A DNA stretch of 46,294 nucleotides from positions 1 to 46,294 of the forward strand of contig CALWJF010000065.1 of assembly GCA_944380935.1 (NCBI GenBank). Reading direction: 5' to 3'. Positions 19,701 through 28,871 of the stretch are shown here, piece after piece (positions within the stretch are counted from its first letter, which is position 1; every line of letters begins with the position of its first letter). The notes beneath the pieces are model-generated. The model saw only the letters and a list, made by a program, of their open reading frames with translations. It did not search any database and had not been told where the DNA came from. The translations under genes were made by a program, and so were the position numbers. This DNA is from an uncultured Clostridia bacterium (GTDB taxonomy: Bacteria > Bacillota > Clostridia > Oscillospirales > QAMX01).

Positions 19701-20535
19701 AGATAAGGCTCTGCTTGGTACGTATATAACCAATTCCGATGGTAAGGCGTACATTGACGAGCTCGTACCGGGCGATTACAGCATCGTTCTTGGCGAAGTC
19801 CCGGATGGCTATGAGCTCAACAATACGGCCTATCCGGTTACGATTTCTGCCGGCAGCGAAAAAGCTTTGACGATTTCCGTCAATCGTAAGGTCGTTGTGG
19901 AAGAGCCGGATGAAGAAGTACCTGAGCTGGATAAGTCTGCACTCCTGGATAAGACCAGTGGTGACGCTTATCTCTCCGGTTATGAAGACGGCACCATCCG
20001 TCCGAACGCAGACATCACCCGTGCAGAAGTTGCCGTGATGTTCTACCGCGTCCTGTCCGACGAGGCGTTGGCACAGTATTCCACCAACTACAACACCTTC
20101 ACCGACGTTGATCGTGATGCCTGGTATAATACAGCGGTGTCCACCCTCTCTTCCATGGGTGCAATCAACGGTTATCCGAACAATACCTTTGCTCCGGATG
20201 CCAAGATCACCCGTGCTGAATTCGCTACTATTGCAGCAGCATTTGCCGAGGCCACTTCCGGCACCGCTTCCTTCAGCGATGTCTCCGGGCACTGGGCAAG
20301 CGAATATATCCGCATTGCTGCTGCCAACAACTGGATCAGCGGTTACGAAGATGGTTCCTTCCGTCCGGATCAGAATATCACCCGTGCAGAGGCGATTTCC
20401 ATCATCAACCGTATGCTGGGCCGCAGCGTATCTTCTGCGGACGAGCTCCCCGAAGGAATGACCACCTATTCGGATAACCTGGATACAACGAAATGGTATT
20501 ATCTGGATGTCCAGATCGCTGCCAACAAGATCTAA
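16792..20535 (+). pseudogene. Secreted CE15-like esterase + CnaB/SpaA-like domain + SLH domains, paralog 2, with one in-frame TAG at 17299-17301 (codon 170)
   Basis: ORFs 16750..17301 and 17317..20535 are in frame, joined by TAG-VASGW, and colinear with paralog 1; canonical GHSRYGK and SEPGGSG motifs. Confidence 0.85.
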
Positions 20536-20560
20536 GGATTCTTTCGGTCATCAACTGAAT

Positions 20561-20599
20561 AAAAATCCCCGCAGCCAAAGGGCTGCGGGGATTTTCTTT
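20561..20599. terminator. Bidirectional terminator
   Basis: AAAATCCCCGCAGCC-AAAG-GGCTGCGGGGATTTT. Confidence 0.85.
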
Positions 20600-20628
20600 T
20601 CTGATTTACGCCAATTTTCTTCTCTAAT

Positions 20629-21657
20629 TTACGCCAGAAGTTTTGCAAGTTCGTCGATCTGTTCCGGTGTCGTCGCCCAGCTGGTCACAAAACGCACAGC
20701 GACTTCGCCGTTTTCAAGTCTGGCCCACAATTCAAAACCCACTTTTTCTGCCAAAGTCTTTGCATCTGATTCCGGCAGAACAAAAAACTGCTGGTTGGTC
20801 GGGGAATCCGCATACAGGCGATAGCCTCGCGTCAGGAATACCGACCGCAGCTTCCGCGCCTGGAGTAAGGCATTGCGTGCAATCCGCACATACAGGCCAT
20901 CAGTAAACAGGGTATCAAACTGTACGCCCAGCAGCCAGCCTTTGGCCAACAGCGCCCCATGCCGCTTCACGGTTGTAAAAAAATGCGGGCAAATCCCGGT
21001 TTTGGGAAATACAACCGCTTCCCCAAATAACGCGCCGACTTTTGTACCGCCGATATAAAACGCATCACACAGCCGGGCAATATCCGGTAAGGATAAATCC
21101 GATGCCTCCGACGCAAGACCGTAGCCAAGCCGGGCGCCATCCAGATACAGGTACAGCCCATATTCCCGGCATACCTGCGCCAGCGCCTCCAGCCCGGCGC
21201 GCGTGTACAACGTACCAAATTCACTTGGATGCGAAATATAAAGCATGCCGGGTATCGGCATATGCGTGTAAGTAGGGTCCGCATAAAACGCTTCCAGGTA
21301 CGCGCGCAGGGTATCTGCATCTACCAGTCCTGCCCTGTGCGGTAAACCTACAACCTTATGGCCCGACGCTTCAACAGCGCCTGCTTCATGGACATGGATA
21401 TGGCCGCTGTCTGCGCACAGCACGCACTGATATGGCCGAAGCAGCGCATCAATTACCGTTGCATTGGTCTGGGTCCCCCCAACAAGAAAATATACCTCTC
21501 CATCCGGGCAACCACAGGCCTGCAAAATTTTTTCCCTGGCCTGGCCGCACAATGCATCTGCGCCATAGCCCGTCATCTTTTCCAAATTCATCGCGCTCAA
21601 CCGTGCAAGAATTTCCGGATGCGCGCCTTCCATATAATCGCTGTCAAAGCGAAGCAT
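20629..21657 (-). CDS. ltaE: Low-specificity L-threonine aldolase (PLP)
   Basis: F-x-SDY, GGTQTNA, HEAGA, YLDGARL, IGGTK (PLP Lys); start MLRFDSD behind AGGAGG. Confidence 0.9.
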   Translation of the reverse strand: MLRFDSDYMEGAHPEILARLSAMNLEKMTGYGADALCGQAREKILQACGCPDGEVYFLVGGTQTNATVIDALLRPYQCVLCADSGHIHVHEAGAVEASGHKVVGLPHRAGLVDADTLRAYLEAFYADPTYTHMPIPGMLYISHPSEFGTLYTRAGLEALAQVCREYGLYLYLDGARLGYGLASEASDLSLPDIARLCDAFYIGGTKVGALFGEAVVFPKTGICPHFFTTVKRHGALLAKGWLLGVQFDTLFTDGLYVRIARNALLQARKLRSVFLTRGYRLYADSPTNQQFFVLPESDAKTLAEKVGFELWARLENGEVAVRFVTSWATTPEQIDELAKLLA

Positions 21658-21812
21658 AGATCCAATCCTCCTGCGAAATTTGTTTCCCGCGTATTCCTTC
21701 TCTCCCTGCAAGGAAAAACCTGCGGATTTTTCCCGGAGCACAAGGGTACGATTCCTTTTTACCGTCCCATTATACCGGTCCCGGAGCATGTTGTCCAGCA
21801 TAAACACCAGCA

Positions 21813-21848
21813 AAAAACGCGCGCAGGAAAATTTCCCCTGCGCGCGTC
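21813..21848 (-). terminator. Terminator after the fprA operon
   Basis: ACGCGCGCAGG...CCTGCGCGCGT stem with A tract. Confidence 0.7.
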
Positions 21849-21854
21849 ATGCTT

Positions 21855-22052
21855 TTATTTTTCTTTATAATACAGCAAACAATGACAATACCCCTCAAAA
21901 TTCGGATCTGCTATCTGTTCACGGAATTCCCGGCACATACACTTTGTATCTTCGCTTTTTTCCATCCGGCAGGGGCAATAGCCGCCCTTTCGTTTCAAGC
22001 CTTCCTGAATGGTTTGCACAATCTGTGGATCTTCATTCAATCGGATTTTCAC
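21855..22052 (-). CDS. Ferredoxin:thioredoxin reductase catalytic-subunit-like small Fe-S protein
   Basis: YCPCR, CMC, YCHC six-cysteine pattern in 65 aa. Confidence 0.85.
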   Translation of the reverse strand: MKIRLNEDPQIVQTIQEGLKRKGGYCPCRMEKSEDTKCMCREFREQIADPNFEGYCHCLLYYKEK

Positions 22053-22088
22053 CGTTTCCCGCTTCCTTTCTCCCTTTATTTTATCATT

Positions 22089-23321
22089 TCATACTCCAGT
22101 GGCAGATGCACTGTCTTCAGAACCCGGAAATGACGCTGCAATCGCATCGACCAGCGCCGTCAACTCTGCCTCCTGCCCTTCGTCCAACGAAGAGCGCAGC
22201 GTCAAGCCCGTATCCAATATCGTCATATCCGAAAGCGGCGCAAAAATTTCCCGCATCAGCTTCCCGCTCTGCGGCGCCCAGGAACCGTTTTCTATAAACG
22301 CCACCGTCCGATTTTTCAGGTTATGCGCGGCAATATCCCGCAGAAGTTCATCCATCGTTACAAAAACACCCATATTATAGGTCGTAGAAGCAAAAACAAG
22401 ATGGCTCAACCGGAAGCATTCCGCGATAATCTCACTGGCTGCGGTAACGGAAACATCATACATTACCGTCGGGATCCCCCGGTCACGCAAACGCGCCGAT
22501 ACAATTTCCGCAGCATTTTCCGTATTCCCGTAAACCGAAGCATAGGCAATCATGACCCCCTGCGTTTCCGGTTCATAGCGGCTCCATTTGTCATATTTTT
22601 CCAAGAAAACATGCAAGTCCCGGCGCCACACAAACCCATGCAGCGGACAGATCATCTGAATATCCAACCCTGCCGCCTTTTTCAGCAGCGCCTGCACCTG
22701 CGGCCCGTATTTCCCGACAATATTGGTGTAATAACGGCGCGCTTCCTTCATATAATCCTGAACAAAGTCTACTTCATCGGCAAACATCGCACCGTTGGTC
22801 GCGCCGAAGGTTCCAAACGCATCGGCAGAAAACAGCGCATGTTCGGATTCATCAAATGTGACCATCACTTCCGGCCAATGGACCATCGGCGCCATCACAA
22901 AACGCAGCGTATGGCGGCCGGTACACAGGGTTGCGCCTTCCTTCACAATACAGCCGTCTTTCGCCAGATCCTGTCCGGTAAACTGCCGGATCATTTTCGC
23001 CGTCTGTGCATTACAGACAATCGTCACTTCCGGATGGCGCAGCACAAGATCCGCAAGCGTTGCGCTGTGATCCGGTTCCATATGCTGGACCACAACATAA
23101 TCCAGCTTCCGGCCGGCAAGCGTATGCTCCAGGTTCTCGAAAAAAACCCGGGCTACCGCACGGTCCACTGTATCCATCAATACCGTCTTTTCATCCAATA
23201 TCAGATAGGAATTATACGATACCCCATTCGGTACCGAATATACGCCTTCAAACATCGCAAGCCGGCGGTCATTCCCGCCAACCCATACAATATCTTCTGT
23301 AACCTTTTTCGTACAGTACAT
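22089..23321 (-). CDS. fprA: Flavodiiron protein (FprA, A-type flavoprotein; O2/NO reductase)
   Basis: HMEPDH, HWPE, DAFG, PLHG metallo-beta-lactamase ligands; SVYGNT flavodoxin domain. Confidence 0.94.
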   Translation of the reverse strand: MYCTKKVTEDIVWVGGNDRRLAMFEGVYSVPNGVSYNSYLILDEKTVLMDTVDRAVARVFFENLEHTLAGRKLDYVVVQHMEPDHSATLADLVLRHPEVTIVCNAQTAKMIRQFTGQDLAKDGCIVKEGATLCTGRHTLRFVMAPMVHWPEVMVTFDESEHALFSADAFGTFGATNGAMFADEVDFVQDYMKEARRYYTNIVGKYGPQVQALLKKAAGLDIQMICPLHGFVWRRDLHVFLEKYDKWSRYEPETQGVMIAYASVYGNTENAAEIVSARLRDRGIPTVMYDVSVTAASEIIAECFRLSHLVFASTTYNMGVFVTMDELLRDIAAHNLKNRTVAFIENGSWAPQSGKLMREIFAPLSDMTILDTGLTLRSSLDEGQEAELTALVDAIAASFPGSEDSASATGV

Positions 23322-23396
23322 CCTTCTTCTATCCCCTTTCGTTCCCTTGCCAGAACCTTTTGAATTTTGGGAAATTGTCTTTGAAACTATACCAAA

Positions 23397-23425
23397 ATCA
23401 TACAAGAATTATCCGCTCTTGTCAA
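23397..23425 (-). promoter_or_regulatory. sigma-A promoter of fprA
   Basis: TTGACA-N17-TATGAT. Confidence 0.7.
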
Positions 23426-23515
23426 TCCCATCTCTTCTATCCGAAAAAAAAGCGCCGAAAAGGTATGTGCTTTTGCGCCCCTCAAGCTCAAATTCCAAAC
23501 GCTTTTTTAACAATT

Positions 23516-23553
23516 CTCCCGGTTTTCTTGCTGATATGCAAAAAACCGGGAGT
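23516..23553 (-). terminator. Terminator after the MacB-like ABC gene
   Basis: CTCCCGGTTTT...AAAACCGGGAG stem. Confidence 0.65.
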
Positions 23554-23564
23554 TAATATAGCGA

Positions 23565-26525
23565 CTATTCGCTGCGCAGCGCAACGACCGGATCTTTTCT
23601 GGATGCAATCTTCGCCGGAATCAATCCCGCTATCAGGGTCAGGAACATGCTGATCAATACCAAAATTCCTGCCGCTCCCAGCGGAAGAACCGCTGCGATA
23701 TTGGAAATCCCGGAAACCGACTGTACTATATGACTGATCGGCAGATTCAAAAGCATGGTCAACCCGATTCCGATACCGCCTGCGGCCAGCCCTACAATCA
23801 AGGTTTCCGCGTTGAATACCCGGGAAACATCACGCTTTGACGCACCGATTGCACGTAAAATACCGATTTCCTTGGTACGTTCCAAAACCGAAATATAGGT
23901 GATAATACCGATCATTATCGAGGAAACCACCAGGGAAATGGCAACAAATGCGATCAAGACATACGAAATTACATTGATAATCGTCGTGATCGAAGACATC
24001 AGCAGGGCAATATAATCCGTATAGGAAATCTGGTCCGTTTCATCCACTCCCGCATTATACGCAGCAATCTGTTGCGCAATGGCATCCTTGTTTTCAAACG
24101 TGTCCGTATAAATGCTGATCCGGCTCGGGTTTTCCACATCCGTATAACCCAGCTGCGTCAGCCTTTGCTCATAACTTGCATCACTGTACTGGGGCGGCAT
24201 ACATTCCTCATAAACAAAAGCATACTGTTCATCGTCCAGCTCTGCCGCATCCAAAGCTGCTGCAAGCTGTTGCGAGGTCTTATCCGCAAGCACCGCCTGC
24301 GTCTGGACACGGTACTGCTCGCGTACCTGCTGCTCAATCGATTCCCGTATATAGCCGAACAGCGTTTCATCGTCCATGGAAGCAATATACTCTGCTACAG
24401 TCGATTCTTCGACCCCCATCTGCTCGGCATATTGCGCCGCAAGCTGCGTCTCAACATAGGAACGATCCAGACCGGTCATACTTTGTTCCACCGCCGCCTG
24501 TACATATTCCTCCGACGGGTGTTCCAAAAGCTGACGGTACAATTCTGCTTTCTCTTCTGTATCCAAACCGGCCAGATAGGCATCCACCGCCGCCTGTTTC
24601 TCCTCCGGCTGGATTTGCGCATCCGTATCCGAACGGAAAGGCAGGCCCGTTACCACATCCGTATCCGCATCGGCAAGCTGCCCGGCCACAATTGCCTGAT
24701 CCGCCGTTTTTTCCATCATAAAATCCGTCAGCGCTTTGGTATATCCGATCGCACCGCTGAGCATATTGGAAACTGCATCTTCGTTTTCGCGCACAATACC
24801 GACAATTTTCAATTCCGTCCCAATCGAAGCGCTGTCATAAAGGAATTCGATCCCGGCTTCACGCTCTGCCAAATTCGTATACGTCCCGGTTGCGGCGTCA
24901 TAACTGTAGTACTCCGACGGCAGCATCAATTTATAGCGCCTGCCCAGCACCTGATCATAACTCCACGACTGCATCGTATGATCATCCGTCAGATTCTCTT
25001 CCTTCACAAACGCAGCCGCAAGATCTTCCAATTCCTGCATCGGTTTTAAACCGAGCGTATACAGCACCAGATCAGAAACTTCGTTATGACTGTTGACTAT
25101 GAGCACAACCTCATCATACGCCTGGGGCCAGGTTCCCGCCAGCAGCTCATACTGATCATCGAGCATCGGGCTTATCCCTTCCCCGTCTGTATCAGGCAGC
25201 ATCTCTTCCCATACCTTCATACCTTCCATCATCATATTCGACTGCATGGTTTCATTTGTAACGCTGTTGCCCATTGCGGCCATCATATCCTGCATAACTG
25301 CCGTTATATCGCAATGCACAAGCGTCCCGTCCGCATCCCGTGTATAGACGTCAAAGGGAATATCATAGCTGTATTGAATTACACTGGCATATTCGCGTAT
25401 TGGGCTATCCCGCGCTTCAAGATAATCGCGAAAAGCAGAAAGATTGTTGGTATTAACTTCCACGTTCAGCATGGAATCCATAAGATCATACAGAATCGGG
25501 CTGGCGTATACAGCATCGTTGGCATGTTCCCCGCCCTGTCCGGAAGACATAAAGGTCGATATCATACTGGAAAGGTCCACTGTCTCCGATTCAATGGTAA
25601 TGGGATAGCTGGAAAGCGTATCTTTTTGCACCTGATCGATATAATTCTGAATTCCAGTAGACAAAGAAAGAATCAACGCTATACCAATAATACCGATACT
25701 TCCGGCAAATGCCGTCAAAATGGTGCGCGTTTTTTTGGTCATCAGATTATTACAGGACAGGGAAAGCGCCGTCAAAAAGGACATGGAGGGCCGCTTTTTC
25801 TCCTGCTTATCCAAATCCGGCTCCTCCGTCTGCGCCGGGCAGGGATCCGAATCGGACTGCACCTGGCCGTCAAAGAGGCGGATAATTCGGCTCGAATACC
25901 GCTCCGCCAAATCCGGATTGTGCGTGACCAGAATGACCAGGCGGTCGCGGCTGATCTGCTTGAGGATTTCCATTATCTGTACACTGGTTTCGCTGTCAAG
26001 GGCTCCCGTCGGCTCGTCCGCCAGCAAAATTTCCGGATCATTGACCAGCGCGCGCGCTATGGCAATACGCTGCATCTGTCCGCCGGACATCTGGTTGGGC
26101 TTTTTATGAAGCTGCGTTTCCAGTCCCACTTTTTTCAGCGCTTCCAGCGCACGCGCACGCCGCTGCGCGCGGGATACGCCGGAAATAGTCAGCGCAAGCT
26201 CGACATTCGCAAGTGCAGACTGATGCGGGATCAGATTATAGCTTTGGAATACGAATCCGATGGAATGGTTACGATAAGCGTCCCAGTCTGCATCCCGAAA
26301 TTTCTTCGTCGAACGTCCGCGGATCAACAGATCCCCTTGCGTATATCCATCCAGGCCGCCGATGATATTAAGCATCGTGGTTTTCCCGCAGCCGGACGGA
26401 CCCAGGATGGAAACAAATTCCGAGCGGCGAAAACACAGGCTGACATCTTTCAGCGCCTGGATTTCCTGCCCGCCGACCGTATATATCTTTGTAATGTTTT
26501 TCAGCTGAAGCATGGGGGGTAGCAT
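23565..26525 (-). CDS. MacB/FtsX-type fused ABC ATPase-permease (start may be 26513)
   Basis: GPSGCGKT, MSGGQMQR, LADEPTG; C-terminal FtsX ISVLERTKEIGILRAIGA...DPVVALRSE. Confidence 0.93.
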   Translation of the reverse strand: MLPPMLQLKNITKIYTVGGQEIQALKDVSLCFRRSEFVSILGPSGCGKTTMLNIIGGLDGYTQGDLLIRGRSTKKFRDADWDAYRNHSIGFVFQSYNLIPHQSALANVELALTISGVSRAQRRARALEALKKVGLETQLHKKPNQMSGGQMQRIAIARALVNDPEILLADEPTGALDSETSVQIMEILKQISRDRLVILVTHNPDLAERYSSRIIRLFDGQVQSDSDPCPAQTEEPDLDKQEKKRPSMSFLTALSLSCNNLMTKKTRTILTAFAGSIGIIGIALILSLSTGIQNYIDQVQKDTLSSYPITIESETVDLSSMISTFMSSGQGGEHANDAVYASPILYDLMDSMLNVEVNTNNLSAFRDYLEARDSPIREYASVIQYSYDIPFDVYTRDADGTLVHCDITAVMQDMMAAMGNSVTNETMQSNMMMEGMKVWEEMLPDTDGEGISPMLDDQYELLAGTWPQAYDEVVLIVNSHNEVSDLVLYTLGLKPMQELEDLAAAFVKEENLTDDHTMQSWSYDQVLGRRYKLMLPSEYYSYDAATGTYTNLAEREAGIEFLYDSASIGTELKIVGIVRENEDAVSNMLSGAIGYTKALTDFMMEKTADQAIVAGQLADADTDVVTGLPFRSDTDAQIQPEEKQAAVDAYLAGLDTEEKAELYRQLLEHPSEEYVQAAVEQSMTGLDRSYVETQLAAQYAEQMGVEESTVAEYIASMDDETLFGYIRESIEQQVREQYRVQTQAVLADKTSQQLAAALDAAELDDEQYAFVYEECMPPQYSDASYEQRLTQLGYTDVENPSRISIYTDTFENKDAIAQQIAAYNAGVDETDQISYTDYIALLMSSITTIINVISYVLIAFVAISLVVSSIMIGIITYISVLERTKEIGILRAIGASKRDVSRVFNAETLIVGLAAGGIGIGLTMLLNLPISHIVQSVSGISNIAAVLPLGAAGILVLISMFLTLIAGLIPAKIASRKDPVVALRSE

Positions 26526-26739
26526 TCTCCTTTAAATACACAATTGACGTTTATTATACGCAACACACGCAGAAAATCAAGCAGATTTTATAAATTTTTG
26601 CCGTATAGGAACCGCGCACGCCTTTTTATGCAGCAGCAAAGAGAGGGAATCTGCAACACAAAAAGGAAAAAAGGGGGAATACACGCAGTCCTATACGGCT
26701 GTTTCAGGGGGAGACTATCGGCATACGAATGCCTGGAAA

Positions 26740-27810
26740 CTATCCTTTATCCATATGTATATGGGCGCCTTTGCCTTGCGTGTTTGGCAACGGCAAAAGC
26801 ACCGTGAATGTTGCGCCAAATCCGGGCTCACTGTGAACTTCCACCCGGCCGTCCAGCGCATCGAGAATGTTTTTAACCAGTGCAAGCCCCAGACCATTTC
26901 CTTCGCTTTTATGCGAGGTGTCCGCCTGATAAAACTTTTCGAAAATATGGCTCTGCGCCTGCGGGCTGATGCCGGGTCCTGCATCAGCAACGGTAAAAAT
27001 CAATACGCGATCCTGTATATATAACCGGATTTTTACACAGCTCTCCGGATAACTAAACTTGACCGCATTCTCAATCAGATTCGACCACACGTGGTACAGC
27101 GGTCTTTCCGCACCATAATATTCCACACGCTGCAAATCCACATCCAAATCCAACTGTTTTTCACTCCATTTCGGTTCCAACGTTACAATTGCTTCGCGAA
27201 TCTGCTCATCCAGCCGATAGGTATGTTTTTCAAAAGGCAGGTTCTGGTTTTCAATCCGGGAAAGCAATAAAATATTCCCCACAAGTTCCGAGAGCCGGCG
27301 GGCATTGAACAAAATCTTTTCCGCGCATTCTTTCTGTTCCTGCTCATCCAAATTCGGATCCTGCAAAAGCATGGCATATCCTTCAATTGCGTTAATCGGC
27401 GTTTTGAATTCATGGGAAACATTGGATACAAAATCACTGCGCAGCGTCTCCGTTGCGCTCAGCTCCTGCGTCATAAGATTGAAATCGTTATAAATATTGC
27501 GAATCACATCAATTCGGCTGTCTGCATCCAAACGCACGGTGAAATCACCCGAAGCAACTTTTTGCAGCGCTTCATCCAGCCGTGTAATCGGCGACAGGAT
27601 CTTCCGGCTGAACAGAAACGCAAAAACCGTACCAAAAGCGACACTGACAAAAATTACAAATAAAAGGATTGGGAAACTGGTTATCCGAAATTCCGTGAAC
27701 CGGTCTACCGCTATAACCAACGTCCCGAACAACAACGCGGATACCGTGATGATTCCAAGCGCAATAAGCGTATAATAAAACCGCAGCTTATGCGGAAGAT
27801 TTCTAAACAT
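26740..27810 (-). CDS. Sensor histidine kinase (2 TM, HAMP; HssS-like)
   Basis: SHEFKTP H-box, NAVKF N-box, DAGPGI, GNGLGL. Confidence 0.93.
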   Translation of the reverse strand: MFRNLPHKLRFYYTLIALGIITVSALLFGTLVIAVDRFTEFRITSFPILLFVIFVSVAFGTVFAFLFSRKILSPITRLDEALQKVASGDFTVRLDADSRIDVIRNIYNDFNLMTQELSATETLRSDFVSNVSHEFKTPINAIEGYAMLLQDPNLDEQEQKECAEKILFNARRLSELVGNILLLSRIENQNLPFEKHTYRLDEQIREAIVTLEPKWSEKQLDLDVDLQRVEYYGAERPLYHVWSNLIENAVKFSYPESCVKIRLYIQDRVLIFTVADAGPGISPQAQSHIFEKFYQADTSHKSEGNGLGLALVKNILDALDGRVEVHSEPGFGATFTVLLPLPNTQGKGAHIHMDKG

Positions 27811-28480
27811 GACGTTTCACCGCTTTATACCCCACGCCGCGCATCGTTACGATTTCAAAATCGGGATTGTTCCGAAACCGCTCCCGCAGCCGCCCAATAT
27901 GCACGTCCACTGTATGCGGGTCCGTTTCCGTATCTACCCCCCAGATATCGTCCATTAACTGCTGGCGGGTAAAAATTCGGCCCGGATAGCTGGTCAGTTT
28001 GTACAGCACCATAAATTCCTTCTGCGGAAGGGACATACTGACGCCGCCGGATACAACGCTCATCGAGTCGTATTCCAGCACCGTATCCCCGATTACCTGC
28101 CGCCGTTCGCTGACCATGCGCGCCCGGCGCAGCAGCGCTTCCACGCGCAGCACCATTTCGTTTACATTGACCGGCTTCACCATATAATCATCGGTCCCGG
28201 ATTGAAATCCGTGCCGCATATCGTCAAAGGCATCTTTCGCTGTGATCATCAGAACCGGAATGCTGATCCCCGCATCCCGCAGCGAAGATACCAGTTCATA
28301 GCCGTCCATAACCGGCATCATGATATCGGATATAATCAGGTCAATATATTCCCGGTCCAGCACATCCAGCGCTTCCTGGCCGTTGGAAACACAAACCGCC
28401 GTATATCCGTTTTTGGTCAGGACACGGTAAAACAATTGCCGGAGTTCAACGTCATCCTCCGCAATAAGGATCCGCATCAT
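27803..28480 (-). CDS. OmpR-family response regulator (HssR-like)
   Basis: AEDD, DIMMP, DDYMVKP, TVDVHIGRLR, RGVGY; AAGGAG RBS. Confidence 0.94.
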   Translation of the reverse strand: MMRILIAEDDVELRQLFYRVLTKNGYTAVCVSNGQEALDVLDREYIDLIISDIMMPVMDGYELVSSLRDAGISIPVLMITAKDAFDDMRHGFQSGTDDYMVKPVNVNEMVLRVEALLRRARMVSERRQVIGDTVLEYDSMSVVSGGVSMSLPQKEFMVLYKLTSYPGRIFTRQQLMDDIWGVDTETDPHTVDVHIGRLRERFRNNPDFEIVTMRGVGYKAVKRHV

Positions 28481-28745
28481 GGCAATGCACTCCTTTCGCA
28501 TCAATTTCCTCCCGACACGGAAAACTCCCGTGGCAAAACCCCGGCGTTTTCCGCTCCAACACGCCCCGGTCAGAAGCAGTCCGCCGCTCCCCGCGCGGCT
28601 TCCATCGGGCGGTAAGGAGCAGCATTTGGGTATCCCCGCTGTTTTGCTCCTTTGCTTTTCATAAGGGCTTTCCGGTACAAAAACAGATTCCCCAGGCTGC
28701 CCTTTTTCCTATGTATAAAATTTTATTTGCAATAAATCAAGTATA

Positions 28746-28809
28746 GTTCAACATAAGTTCAACGGAAGTTGAGATACGGTTGATTTTTGGTTGACCTGTA
28801 GCTTATAAT
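28746..28809 (+). promoter_or_regulatory. Array of five 11-bp-phased GTT(C/G)A direct repeats overlapping a TTGATT-N18-TATAAT promoter
   Basis: GTTCA at 28746 and 28757; GTTGA at 28768, 28779 and 28790. Confidence 0.65.
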
Positions 28810-28871
28810 ATAAAAAAGGCTTTCGACTGGTTTCGCCTGATAAGGTCCAGAAGCATAATTTGAGGTGTTTT

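Noticed and set aside
17731-20292. 853-aa antisense ORF
   Set aside because: Same shadow effect; its similarity to the other antisense ORF only reflects the sense-strand duplication
23565-23567. Genome-wide TAG reassignment (e.g. code 15)
   Set aside because: TAG ends the ABC gene at its canonical terminus and also ends genes at 16569, 26740 and 37149; conserved housekeeping genes have no internal TAG
22323-26522. 325-478 aa plus-strand ORFs
   Set aside because: Antisense shadows of fprA and the MacB-like gene
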